Position numbers and translations under genes: made by a program. The notes under the pieces were generated by a model. The model was not told the DNA's origin. It made no database searches and worked only from the letters and a program-made list of their open reading frames with translations. From an uncultured Thermoleophilia bacterium (lineage in GTDB: Bacteria; Actinomycetota; Thermoleophilia; UBA2241): a DNA stretch of 64,000 nucleotides. Numbering within the stretch: position 1 is the first letter of the stretch; every line of letters begins with the position of its first letter. Location: the NCBI GenBank assembly GCA_963736645.1, contig CAVTPJ010000004.1:79109-143108 (forward strand), given 5' to 3'. Positions 28,275 through 37,461 of the stretch are shown here, piece after piece.

Positions 28275-29910
28275 CGATGAGCCGCTGCAGGCGCGCCGTG
28301 TCGGCGTCGGTCCAGCCGGCAGGGCGGCCGAGCTGCGCCCAGGCGGAGGCCATCATGTTGCCGTAGTTGTGGCCGTGGCCGTTGGGCACGCCGGTGCCGT
28401 GGAACTGGTCGACGGTGACCTGCACCCACGAGACGAACGGGAACCAGACGGACTTCGTGTTGACGTCGGGCCCGCGCGGCTCGGCGAGCCAGTCGGGCCG
28501 GCTCCAGAGGATGCTCCAGTACCACCAGACCACGGGGTCCGAGGCGTGTTGCAGGTAGAGAAGCCGGGGCTCGTTCCACGCGCCCGGCGGATGCGCGTAG
28601 TCCTCGGGTGACGCGGCGAAGCGCACCGTCTGCCCCCGGCCGACGATGGGCTGCCACTGGGGGCTCCCGGCGTCGCGGCCGTCCTCGACGGCACGCCAGA
28701 GGGCGGTGTCGTTGGGGGTGCCGACGAACACCGCCCCGTCTGACCGCGAGGTGACGGCGGCGATGTCCGGGAAGGCCGCCTGCTGGGCGAAGGAGCCGAG
28801 GCTGAGGCCGTAGGCGAACAGCCTCGGTCGCGCGTCCGCCGGCAGCTGCGCCCAGCGCTCGTGCACGGCGTCGAAGAGCGCCTGCCCGGCGTCCTCGGCG
28901 CGCTGCTTGTCCACCAGGAACGAGATCCAGCTCGGGAGGTACGAGTACTGGATGGTCACCTCGGCGCTGTCGCCGTTCCAGAGGTACTCGAGCGAGTCGG
29001 CCGACTGCGGCTCGATCCAGCCGGTGCCGGTGGCGCCCATCACGACGAGCACCTCGCGGGAGAAGGCCTTGGTGCGCTCGAGCTCCTTGACCGCGAGGGC
29101 GGCGCGCTCCTCTGCCGTCGGCGCGCTCTCCACCCCGACGTAGACACGGATCGGCTCTTCGGCGGGCTCTCCGCTGAACTGCTCCAGGGCCGCCCCGTCG
29201 GGGCCGCGGCCGATGAAGTTGCGGCCCTGGAACCCGAGTGAGTCCCACGTGACCAGCGACCCTGGCCCCCCTGAGCGCAGGGCGCTCGTGGGCTGCGTCA
29301 CGCCCTCGGCCGTCGTGTCGTTGGTCTTGCCGTAGACGCTGTCGGCCAGCGACGAGGCCTGGCTGAGCAGACCGCTGAAGACGACCAGCAGCGGAACCGC
29401 GACGATCACCGCCCCGAGCACGATGGCGCCGATCCTCGGGAGCCAGCGCGAGAGCAGGTTGCCGACGGCGCGCGCGGCCCAGCGCAGCAGGCGCGCGATC
29501 ACGAGCAGGACGAACCAGATCAGCAGGGCGATCGGCAGCGCCGCCGCCGGCGTCCACGGCGAGACCGGCTCGAGCGTCATGAGCGCGCGGGTCTCGTTGT
29601 TCCAGACGCCGCCCACGTAGAGGGCCGGCACGACGAAGGCGATGCCGGCCACCGCGAGCGCGAGCCAGGCGAAGCGGCGGCCCCGCCGCGTCGGCCGCCA
29701 GGCCGTCGCCTTCGCGCCGGCCCAGAAGACCAGAGCTCCGAGGCCGTAGCCGCCGGCGACTGAGAGCCCGCTGACCAGCCCCTGCAGCAGCGGGCTCCGC
29801 GGCAGCAGGGACGGCGTCAGCGAGAAGCCGAAGAAGACCAGCGCGCCGACGATGCCGCCGTAACTGAGCGGCGCGAAGAGTCTGGCGCGGGCTTTCGGGA
29901 GCGCGGGCAT
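28255..29910 (-). CDS. Membrane alpha/beta-hydrolase family protein (Abhydrolase_9-like)
   Basis: 551 aa. An N-terminal multi-TM region is followed by an extracytoplasmic hydrolase domain with YGLSLGS (GxSxG). Confidence 0.75.
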   Translation of the reverse strand: MPALPKARARLFAPLSYGGIVGALVFFGFSLTPSLLPRSPLLQGLVSGLSVAGGYGLGALVFWAGAKATAWRPTRRGRRFAWLALAVAGIAFVVPALYVGGVWNNETRALMTLEPVSPWTPAAALPIALLIWFVLLVIARLLRWAARAVGNLLSRWLPRIGAIVLGAVIVAVPLLVVFSGLLSQASSLADSVYGKTNDTTAEGVTQPTSALRSGGPGSLVTWDSLGFQGRNFIGRGPDGAALEQFSGEPAEEPIRVYVGVESAPTAEERAALAVKELERTKAFSREVLVVMGATGTGWIEPQSADSLEYLWNGDSAEVTIQYSYLPSWISFLVDKQRAEDAGQALFDAVHERWAQLPADARPRLFAYGLSLGSFAQQAAFPDIAAVTSRSDGAVFVGTPNDTALWRAVEDGRDAGSPQWQPIVGRGQTVRFAASPEDYAHPPGAWNEPRLLYLQHASDPVVWWYWSILWSRPDWLAEPRGPDVNTKSVWFPFVSWVQVTVDQFHGTGVPNGHGHNYGNMMASAWAQLGRPAGWTDADTARLQRLIDDYAIE

Positions 29911-29962
29911 CGCCCGCTATTCTTTCGCACCCGGACGTCCGGTCAAACTCGCGGCCGGCTCC

Positions 29963-30271
29963 GTGACGGTCACCAGCGCTCCCCCCACCCCGGTGCGAGG
30001 CCGTCGTCGGTCACCTGGCCCGCGCTTCGTCGGGGCGCCCACCTTCGCCATCCCCCAGCAGGCCGTCCAGGCGGGCATCGACGCCGGCGTCTTCCACGAG
30101 CGGCCCGGCTACGGTCGGGACGAGATGGCGTACAACCTGTGGGCGCTGGTGCACGGCCTCTCGGTACTCCGCATGACGCGCCTGCGCTCCCTGGACGCCG
30201 ACTACGACCGCCTGCACCGCTCCCTGCTCGGCGGCCTCGTCGAGCACTTCGAGCGCTCTCCGAACGCTTGA
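29963..30271 (+). pseudogene. Truncated TetR-family regulator (only the C-terminal WHG-type ligand domain is left)
   Basis: Only the last ~70 aa (AYNLWALVHGLSVLRMTRL...LLGGLVEHF) look like a TetR C-terminal domain. No helix-turn-helix is encoded. Only 52 nt separate the ORF from the divergent 28255..29910 gene. Confidence 0.5.
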
Positions 30272-30461
30272 CGCAGTCCGCTGGTCAGGCTCCGAGCCGG
30301 CCGGCCGGCGCGCGCGTGCCCTGGCCTCAGCCAGGTGCCAGCAGACATCCGGACGTCCGTGATCCGAACGCAGGTACCTGCCGCCGGCGTGCCGCATCGG
30401 CGTGGCGTACGCGTGAAGGGGCGCGGGGGGCCCTCCGGCCGCCCGCGCCCCCTCGCGCGAG

Positions 30462-32303
30462 TCACTCGTCCGCGTCGCGCGTCACTCCTCGACGCTCCTG
30501 GGACGCCGCCGCGCCAGCACGAATCGCTGTGATCGCGGCGACGGCCACGACCGCCACGACGACGGCCACGATGACGCCGGTGCTGCCGCCGCTGTCGGAG
30601 GCGGTCTGCGTCGCCGTCACCGGCTTCAGGTTCACGTAGGTATCCCTGAGCATGTTCCTGAAGGCAGCGCCGTCCTCGGCACTGGGCACGTGGCTGTAGC
30701 CGGTCCAGGTGTCCGTGCGGAACGCCTGGACGAGGGTGTTGTACCAGAGGATGGAGTACGGGGCGTCGGCGTACAGGATCTGCTGCATCTGCTGGACGAG
30801 CTGCTGCCTCTGCGCCGGGTCCACCGCCTCCGACTGCTCGATGTAGAGCGCGTCGTACTGCGGGTTGGAGTACTCCGAGTCGCTGCCGTTCAGGATCTGG
30901 TCGGTCGTGAACGTGCTGAGGATGTAGCCGGGGTCGATGTCGGCCGTCCAGCTCCAGATGTAGAGGTCGTTGTCGGCGTTGTCGTAGTTGAGGTCGTAGA
31001 AGGCGTTCTCGTCCATCACCTGGAGCTCGGTGCCGATGCCGACGTCCTTGAGGTACGAGGTGATCTTCTTGGCCGCGGTGATGTCCATGGGGTACTCGTT
31101 GAAGGCGGCCAGCCGGAACTCGAGCTTGTTGCCCTTGGCGTCCTCGCGGATGCCGTCGGAGCCCACCGCGTAACCAGCCTCGTCGAGGACGGCTTCGGCC
31201 TTCTCCGGATCGTACGTGCGCAGCTGGTCGGCCGGCACCTCCCAGCGGTAGAACGTGTCGACCGGCGAGAGCAGCGACGAGGCGGGCTGGGCAAGGCCCG
31301 CCATGGCCACCGCGGCGACGGCCTCCTTGTCGATCGCGCAGTCGATCGCGATGCGGATGTTCTTGTCGAGCAGGAGCGGGTTGCCCTTGCTCTTGGGGCT
31401 GTCGTAGCAGTTCATGCCGAGCTCGTGGAAGCCGAGACCGGGGGCGGCCACGGACGTGGAGCCCTGAACGCCCTTGAGGCTCTGATAGAAGCCGGGGTCG
31501 AGCTCGATGGCGGCGTCGAGGTTGCCGGCCCTGTAGTCGGCCACGACGCCGTCCTGCGTCTGGTACATGTTGAAGAAGACCTGGTCGACGGCCGGGTCGA
31601 CGCCGAAGCCGTCCTTGTAGTACTCGTTCTTCTCCATCTTGACGTACTTGCCGCTCTTGACCTCGGTCACGTGGAACGGCCCGCTGGAGACCATGGGGAC
31701 GTTGGCCCACGACTCGACCTTGTTGTCCGGCACCTCGCTCCAGACGTGCTCCGGCAGGATGGGCACGTACAGCGCGGTCATGACGGCGTTGGGCTTCTTG
31801 GAGGTGATGACCACGGTCTGGTCGTCGGGAGCCTCCACCTTGGTCACGTTGGGGAAGTACCCGATGTACATCCCGATCTCCTGTCGCAGGACGCGGTTGT
31901 ACGTGTAGGCGACGTCGCGCGCGGTGAGCGGCTCGCCGTCGCTCCACTTGACGTTCGGGCGGATGTGGAAGGTCCACACCTTGCCGTCCTCGGTGATGCC
32001 GCCGTTCTCGACCGACGGGACCTCGGTCGCCAGGTCCGGCACCGGTTTGAAGTCGGCGTCGTACCACGTGAGGAAGTTGTAGCCGACGCGGAAGCACTCC
32101 CACGGGATCGTGCTGTAGGTCGAGAACGGGTTCATGTTGTCGACCTCGCTCTGGAGGCCGACGCGGTAGATCAGCGGTGCGTCCGACGCCGCCGGTGAGG
32201 GCGAGTCGCCGGCGGGCGCAGCTGCCGGCCACGCGACCAGCAGGACGAGAAGAAGCAGGATGGCGGCCGGTAGAACGGCGCGGCGGACGGTGTGTGCAGG
32301 CAT
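30462..32303 (-). CDS. ABC-transporter family-5 (peptide/nickel type) solute-binding protein with C-terminal TM anchor
   Basis: 613 aa. It has a signal peptide (AAILLLLVLLVAWPAAAPA) and an SBP_bac_5-like body (..KWSDGEPLTARDV.., ..GFHELGMN..). The C-terminus has a hydrophobic helix GVIVAVVVAVVAVAAITAI plus a charged tail. Confidence 0.85.
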   Translation of the reverse strand: MPAHTVRRAVLPAAILLLLVLLVAWPAAAPAGDSPSPAASDAPLIYRVGLQSEVDNMNPFSTYSTIPWECFRVGYNFLTWYDADFKPVPDLATEVPSVENGGITEDGKVWTFHIRPNVKWSDGEPLTARDVAYTYNRVLRQEIGMYIGYFPNVTKVEAPDDQTVVITSKKPNAVMTALYVPILPEHVWSEVPDNKVESWANVPMVSSGPFHVTEVKSGKYVKMEKNEYYKDGFGVDPAVDQVFFNMYQTQDGVVADYRAGNLDAAIELDPGFYQSLKGVQGSTSVAAPGLGFHELGMNCYDSPKSKGNPLLLDKNIRIAIDCAIDKEAVAAVAMAGLAQPASSLLSPVDTFYRWEVPADQLRTYDPEKAEAVLDEAGYAVGSDGIREDAKGNKLEFRLAAFNEYPMDITAAKKITSYLKDVGIGTELQVMDENAFYDLNYDNADNDLYIWSWTADIDPGYILSTFTTDQILNGSDSEYSNPQYDALYIEQSEAVDPAQRQQLVQQMQQILYADAPYSILWYNTLVQAFRTDTWTGYSHVPSAEDGAAFRNMLRDTYVNLKPVTATQTASDSGGSTGVIVAVVVAVVAVAAITAIRAGAAASQERRGVTRDADE

Positions 32304-32494
32304 GGATCCTCCAGGTGTCCCGTTCCCCCCGGAGCGGCCGAGCGGCCGCGGCCGGGACCTCTGGCCCGGAGTCTAGCGGACCGGCCGGGGACGGGCACTC
32401 TCCTTGAGGGCCGGAACGAGGGCGCGCGCCGGGACGCATCGGCCGGGCGGCCGGTGGGCGGCGGCGCGCCGAATGGGCGGTCGTACCGCGGCGT

Positions 32495-32929
32495 TCAGGC
32501 CGCCAGCGCCGGCGCCTCGCGGGCCACGATCACCGGGCAGTGCGCCAGATGGATGACCTTGTTGGCCACGCTTCCCAGGAGCATCTGGGTGAACGGGCCG
32601 TCCCCGCGGGACCCGACGACGATGCAGTCGGCACGGAAGCTCTCGGCAGCGTCGAGGATCTCCTTGGCGACGTGGTCGGCGCGTGCCGACCGCAAGTCCC
32701 CGACCACGGGGACGCCGGCCTTCTTGACGAGGTCGCAGGCGGCCTCGATCAGCATCTCGGCCTCGATGTGCGTCTCGACGTCGTCCTTGACCTGGAACCC
32801 CATGTCCTTGGCGTGGACGTGGACCACGAGGATCTCGCCGCCCGTCGTTGTGGCGAGGGAGACGGCGGTCCGGATAGCCTTCTTCGACTCGTCGGAGTCG
32901 TCGACCGCCAGCAGGATGCGCTCGAACAT
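32495..32929 (-). CDS. Universal stress protein (UspA family)
   Basis: ATG 32929 (MFERILLAVDDSDES) is preceded by GAGGGGG. The track starts 3 codons upstream at a GTG. The C-terminal motif is VVGSRGDG...GSVANKVIHLAHCPVIV. Confidence 0.85.
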   Translation of the reverse strand: MFERILLAVDDSDESKKAIRTAVSLATTTGGEILVVHVHAKDMGFQVKDDVETHIEAEMLIEAACDLVKKAGVPVVGDLRSARADHVAKEILDAAESFRADCIVVGSRGDGPFTQMLLGSVANKVIHLAHCPVIVAREAPALAA

Positions 32930-33019
32930 CACGATCACCCCCTCAGCATGCGGAGTCCGAACGTCCTCATATGGAAAATTGCCGCAAACGGGGCCGATCA
33001 GTCGCGTTGGCTCCGGCCG

Positions 33020-35023
33020 TCAGGACGCCTCGTCGAGCGCCTCCTCGAACTGGCTCGCGTAGAGGTCGTAGTAGAAGCCGCGGGCGGCCATGAGCTCCTC
33101 GTGGCTGCCCTGCTCGATGATCGCGCCCCTGTCCATCACCAGGATGATGTCGGCGCCGCGGATGGTGCTGAGGCGGTGGGCGATGACGAAGCTGGTGCGG
33201 TCCTTCATCAGCTGGGCCATCGCCTGCTGGATGAGCACCTCGGTACGCGTGTCCACCGAGCTGGTGGCCTCGTCGAGGATGAGGATGTCCGGGTCGGCCA
33301 GGAAGGCGCGGGCGATGGTGAGCAGCTGCTTCTCGCCCGCCGAGACGTTGGTCGCTTCGTCGTCGAGCACGGTGTCGTACCCGTCGGGGAGCGCGCGGAC
33401 GAAGTGGTCCACGCGCGCCGCCCGCGCCGCCGCGCGGATCTCGTCCTCGGTGGCGCCCTCTCGCCCGTAGGCGATGTTCTCGCGGATGGTGTCGCTGAAC
33501 AGCCAGGTGTCCTGCAGCACCATGCCGAACAGGCGGCGCAGGTCGCTGCGGCTGATGTCACGGGTCTCGACGCCGTCAACGAGGATGCGACCCTCGTCGA
33601 TGTCGTAGAACCGCAGCAGGAGGTTGACCAGCGTCGTCTTGCCGGCGCCGGTGGGGCCGACGATGGCGACGGTCTGACCGGGCGCGACGTCGAGCGTCAG
33701 ACCGGTGATGAGCGGCGTGTCGGGCACGTAGCGGAACGAGACGTCGTCCAGCTCGATGTGGCCGCGAGTGTGCTCGAAGACGACGCACGCGGCAGGGTCG
33801 GGCGTCTCCTCCGCCTCGTCCAGCAGCTCGAAGATGCGCTCGGCCGACGCCGCCGTGCTCTGCAGCACGTTCATGATGCCGGCGACCTGCGTGATCGGCA
33901 TCGTGAACTGCCGCGAATACTGGATGAACGCCTGCACGTCGCCGAGCGAGATCCGCCCGGTGGCCACCATGAGCCCGCCGACGACGGCGATGGCCACATA
34001 GTTGAGGTTCATGACGGAGTTCATGACCGGCATGATGATCCCGGAGATGAACTGGGCCTTGAAGCTCGCCTGGTAGAGCTTCTCGTTCTGCTCGTCGAAC
34101 TCGGCGATGGCCTTGTCCTGGCGCCCGAACACCTTGACCACGTTGTGGCCGGTGAACATCTCCTCCACGTGGCCGTTGAGATCGCCGGTGGTCTCCCACT
34201 GCCTGGCGAACTGCTTCTGCGAGCGCTTGGCGATCAGCACGGTGATCACCACCGAGACCGGCACCACCAGCACGGAGATCAGCGCCAACAGCCAGCTGAT
34301 GGTGAGCATCATGATCAGCACGCCGATGATGGTCAGCGCCGAGGTGATGATCTGCGTCAGGCTCTGCTGCAGCGACTGCGAGATGTTGTCGATGTCGTTG
34401 GTCATCCGGCTGAGCACGTCGCCGCGCGGGTGCTCGTCGAAGTACTTGAGCGGCAGGCGCGCCAGCTTCTCGTCCGCCTGCCGCCGCAGCCGGTAGATGG
34501 CGCGCTGCGCGACGCCGGCCATCAGGTACGACTGCATCCACTGGAACAACGCGCTCACCAGGTACACGCCTGCAAGCAGGGCGAGCGTGCGGGCGAGGGC
34601 GTCGAAGTCGATGCCCTCGCCCGGATCCAGAGTCATGCCCGAGATCATGTCGGCGATGCGGTCCTGCCCCTGCGCCCGCAGCCCGGCGACCGCCTCCTCC
34701 TTGGTGGTGCCGGCGGGGATCTGCTGGCTGACGACGCCCTCGAACAGGATGTTGGTCGCATTGCCGAGGATCTTGGGCCCCACCACGGCGAACGCCACGC
34801 TGGCCACCGCGAGCAGCACCACGATGATGAGGAGCGTGCGCTCCGGGCGGAGCTCGCCGACGAGCCGGCGCATGGTGCCCTTGAAGTCCTTGGCCTTCGC
34901 GGTCGGCTGCGTGAGAGCGTGCCCACCCGGACCGCCTGGGCCGGGGCCCTGGGGGCCGCGAGGCCGCTTGGGGGCTTCGCCCTGCGGCCCGCCCGGCGTG
35001 GCCTTGTTCTCGGCCGTGCTCAC
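33020..35023 (-). CDS. ABC exporter, fused permease/ATPase subunit (second of a heterodimeric pair)
   Basis: GTG 35023 overlaps the upstream stop (GTGA). It has six TM helices, Walker A GPTGAGKTT, the signature SAGEKQLL and Walker B ILILDEATS. The 988-aa track ORF is an artefactual extension. Confidence 0.9.
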   Translation of the reverse strand: MSTAENKATPGGPQGEAPKRPRGPQGPGPGGPGGHALTQPTAKAKDFKGTMRRLVGELRPERTLLIIVVLLAVASVAFAVVGPKILGNATNILFEGVVSQQIPAGTTKEEAVAGLRAQGQDRIADMISGMTLDPGEGIDFDALARTLALLAGVYLVSALFQWMQSYLMAGVAQRAIYRLRRQADEKLARLPLKYFDEHPRGDVLSRMTNDIDNISQSLQQSLTQIITSALTIIGVLIMMLTISWLLALISVLVVPVSVVITVLIAKRSQKQFARQWETTGDLNGHVEEMFTGHNVVKVFGRQDKAIAEFDEQNEKLYQASFKAQFISGIIMPVMNSVMNLNYVAIAVVGGLMVATGRISLGDVQAFIQYSRQFTMPITQVAGIMNVLQSTAASAERIFELLDEAEETPDPAACVVFEHTRGHIELDDVSFRYVPDTPLITGLTLDVAPGQTVAIVGPTGAGKTTLVNLLLRFYDIDEGRILVDGVETRDISRSDLRRLFGMVLQDTWLFSDTIRENIAYGREGATEDEIRAAARAARVDHFVRALPDGYDTVLDDEATNVSAGEKQLLTIARAFLADPDILILDEATSSVDTRTEVLIQQAMAQLMKDRTSFVIAHRLSTIRGADIILVMDRGAIIEQGSHEELMAARGFYYDLYASQFEEALDEAS

Positions 35024-36753
35024 GCGGCGCCCTCCACACCCAGCTGCGAGGTGACGATCTCGCGATAGGTCTCGCTGGTCGTGAGCAGCCCCTCGTGCGT
35101 GCCGATGCCGGCGATGGTGCCGTCGTCGTCGAGCACGACGATCTGGTCGGCGTGCATGATCGTGCCCACGCGCTGTGCGACGATGAGCACGGTGGCGTCC
35201 GCGGTGTGCTTGCGTAGCGCCGCGCGCAGCTTGGCGTCGGTGCTGAAGTCGAGGGCGGAGAAGCTGTCGTCGTAGATCTGGATCCTGGCCCGCTTGGCGA
35301 GTGCCCGGGCGATGGCGAGGCGCTGGCGCTGTCCGCCGGAGACGCTGGCGCCGCCCTGCGCGACGTGTGTCTCCAGCCCCTCGGGCATCTCCTCGACGAA
35401 GTCGCGTCCCTGGGCGATCTCGAGGTAGTGCCAGAGCCGCTCCTCCGCCGCCTCGTCGTCGCCGTGGCGCAGGTTGTCCGCCACCGTGCCGCTGAAGAGG
35501 AACGACTTCTGCGGCACGAGGCCGATCCTGCGCCACAGGTCCTGCTGCGAGAGCTCGCGCACGTCCACCCCGTCCACCAACACGGAGCCACCCGTCACCT
35601 CGTAGAAGCGCGGGATGAGGCTGATCAGCGTGGTCTTGCCGCTGCCGGTGCTGCCGACGATGGCGGTGGTCTCGCCGGGCCGCGCCGTGAAGGTGATGCC
35701 GCTCAGCACCGGCTCCTCGGCGCCGGGGTAGCGGAACTCCACGTCGCGGAACTCGACGAGGCCGGCCTCGGGCACGTCCCGGGCCGGCCGCTCCGGGTCG
35801 ACGATGCTCGGCTCGACGTCCAGCACCTCCATGATGCGCTGCGCCGAGACGGCGGCGCGCGGCACCATCACGAACATGAACGTCGCCATGAGCACCGAGA
35901 ACAGGATCATGAAGACGTACTGCAGGAAGGCGGTGAGGTCGCCGATGGGCATGCTGCCGTCGGCGATCTGCCTGCCGCCGAACCACATGATGGCGATCGT
36001 CGTGAAGTTCAGGATGAGCGTGACGGCCGGGAACACGAGCGCGAACAGCCGGCCGACCTTGAGCGTGGTGTCGGTGAGGTCCACGTTGGCGACGTCGAAC
36101 CGGTTCTCCTCGTAGACCGTCCTGTCGAAGGCGCGGATGACGCGCACGCCGCTCAGGAACTCGCGCGTCACCTGGTTGATGCGGTCGATCTTCTTCTGCA
36201 TGGACATGAACAGCGGCGTCGCCCGCGAGATCACGAGGCCGATGAACACGCCCATGATGGGGATCGCGACCAGGATGACGGTGGAGAGCGTTACGTTGAG
36301 GCGCAGGGCCATGATGACGCCGCCGACGGCCATCATCGGGGCCTGGATCACCACGTTGAGCATCATCAGCACCACCATCTGCACCTGCTGCACGTCGTTG
36401 GTGGTGCGCGTGATGAGCGACGGCGCGCCGAAGCGGTTGACCTCTGCCTGGGAGAACTTCTGCACGCGGCGGAAGAGCGCGCCGCGCGTGTCGCGCCCGA
36501 GCGCCATGGACGTCTTGGAGCCGAAGTAGACGGAGGCGATGGCGGCGAGCGCCGAGACGAGCGTGACGGCCAGCATGATGCCGCCGACCTCGAGGATGTA
36601 CGTGGTGTCGCCCTTGACGACGCCGTTGTTGATGATGTCGGCGTTGAGGGTCGGCAGGTACAGGTTGGCGAGCACCTGCACGAACACGAGGAAGACGACG
36701 AGCACGATGAGCCAGCGGTAGGGGCGCAGGCCGGTGCGGAGGAGGCGGATCAT
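35020..36753 (-). CDS. ABC exporter, fused permease/ATPase subunit (first of a heterodimeric pair)
   Basis: ATG 36753 (MIRLLRTGLRPYRW) overlaps the MarR stop (ATGA). It has Walker A GSTGSGKTT, the signature SGGQRQRLAIARAL and Walker B IQIYDDSFS. Confidence 0.9.
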   Translation of the reverse strand: MIRLLRTGLRPYRWLIVLVVFLVFVQVLANLYLPTLNADIINNGVVKGDTTYILEVGGIMLAVTLVSALAAIASVYFGSKTSMALGRDTRGALFRRVQKFSQAEVNRFGAPSLITRTTNDVQQVQMVVLMMLNVVIQAPMMAVGGVIMALRLNVTLSTVILVAIPIMGVFIGLVISRATPLFMSMQKKIDRINQVTREFLSGVRVIRAFDRTVYEENRFDVANVDLTDTTLKVGRLFALVFPAVTLILNFTTIAIMWFGGRQIADGSMPIGDLTAFLQYVFMILFSVLMATFMFVMVPRAAVSAQRIMEVLDVEPSIVDPERPARDVPEAGLVEFRDVEFRYPGAEEPVLSGITFTARPGETTAIVGSTGSGKTTLISLIPRFYEVTGGSVLVDGVDVRELSQQDLWRRIGLVPQKSFLFSGTVADNLRHGDDEAAEERLWHYLEIAQGRDFVEEMPEGLETHVAQGGASVSGGQRQRLAIARALAKRARIQIYDDSFSALDFSTDAKLRAALRKHTADATVLIVAQRVGTIMHADQIVVLDDDGTIAGIGTHEGLLTTSETYREIVTSQLGVEGAA

Positions 36754-37310
36754 GTGGCTTCCCGGGCGACGGGCGGACCGGTATCGCGACCGCGCGCTCG
36801 CGTCTCGCGGTCGGGGGCGTCCGCCTCGCGTGCGGCGGACGCGCTCTCGATCGTGGCGCCGAGCGCCTCGAGCAGACGCACCAGGTCCCGGCGGTCGTTC
36901 TCCGGCAGCGTCCCTATCGTGGCGTTGACGTACTCGGCGGCGGCCGCGCGCATCTCCTTCTCCTCCGCGCGGCCGGCGTCCGTCAGTTCGACCCTGGTGA
37001 GCCGGGCGTCCGCGGCGTCGGGACGGCGCCGTACGAGCCCGGCCTTCTCCATGGAGTGCAGCATCTTCGTCAGCGTCGGCGGCGCCACGTACATCGCCTT
37101 GGCAAGGTCGCGTTGGGTGATGTCGTCGTTGGCGACGAGCAGGCGCAGGCACATCGCCTGACCGGGGTGGATGCCGCGATCGGCAAGGGCCTGCATCATG
37201 AGGCGGCGGTGCAGCCGCAGCGTGGCGATGAACGCGCGGAAGACGTCCGACGAGAGCTCGTCGACGCCGTCGAGCGATTCGGGCAGCGCGGGCAGGCGGT
37301 GGTCGGTCAC
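36750..37310 (-). CDS. MarR-family transcriptional regulator
   Basis: I prefer GTG 37310 because of AGGAG 5 nt upstream (the track ATG is 37355). The winged-helix core is ITQRDLAKAMYVAPPTLTKMLHSMEKAGLVRRRPD..DARLTRVELT. It is the first gene of the ABC exporter operon. Confidence 0.85.
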   Translation of the reverse strand: MTDHRLPALPESLDGVDELSSDVFRAFIATLRLHRRLMMQALADRGIHPGQAMCLRLLVANDDITQRDLAKAMYVAPPTLTKMLHSMEKAGLVRRRPDAADARLTRVELTDAGRAEEKEMRAAAAEYVNATIGTLPENDRRDLVRLLEALGATIESASAAREADAPDRETRARGRDTGPPVAREAT

Positions 37311-37333
37311 GTCGCTCCTGGAGTCGGTGGTCG

Positions 37334-37381
37334 CCGGAGAAGGGTAGCATGGCAATGATTAGCAGGCAAACGGTTCTCCGG
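37334..37381. promoter_or_regulatory. Candidate MarR operator / divergent promoter region
   Basis: An 8-bp inverted repeat, CCGGAGAA (37334-41) / TTCTCCGG (37374-81), encloses the direct repeats TAGCATGGCAA (37345-55) and TAGCAGGCAAA (37360-70). The patch is locally AT-rich and lies between the divergent MarR and PAS-sensor genes. Confidence 0.3.
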
Positions 37382-37461
37382 CTCGCCTCCGCGGAGGGCG
37401 GGAGGCAGTCAATAGAGGGTCGCGGGTCTCCTCGCGGAATCCCCAGCTACAGACCCATCCG

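Noticed and set aside
26043-29910. A cluster of three membrane hydrolases/proteases (26043..27416, 27483..28274, 28255..29910) as a dedicated system.
   Set aside because: The first gene is on the opposite strand from the other two. All belong to broad, common families. Only the Abhydrolase_9-like/CPBP pair is operonic, which I recall as a common arrangement of these broad families.
33020-35986. The track ORFs 33020..35986 (988 aa), 35020..37350 (776 aa), 22483..24663 (726 aa), 16233..18077 (614 aa), 9907..11277 and 8617..9474, taken at face value as giant proteins.
   Set aside because: In each case the conserved protein begins at an internal ATG or GTG with a Shine-Dalgarno sequence or a stop-start overlap. 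The upstream part overlaps another well-supported gene.
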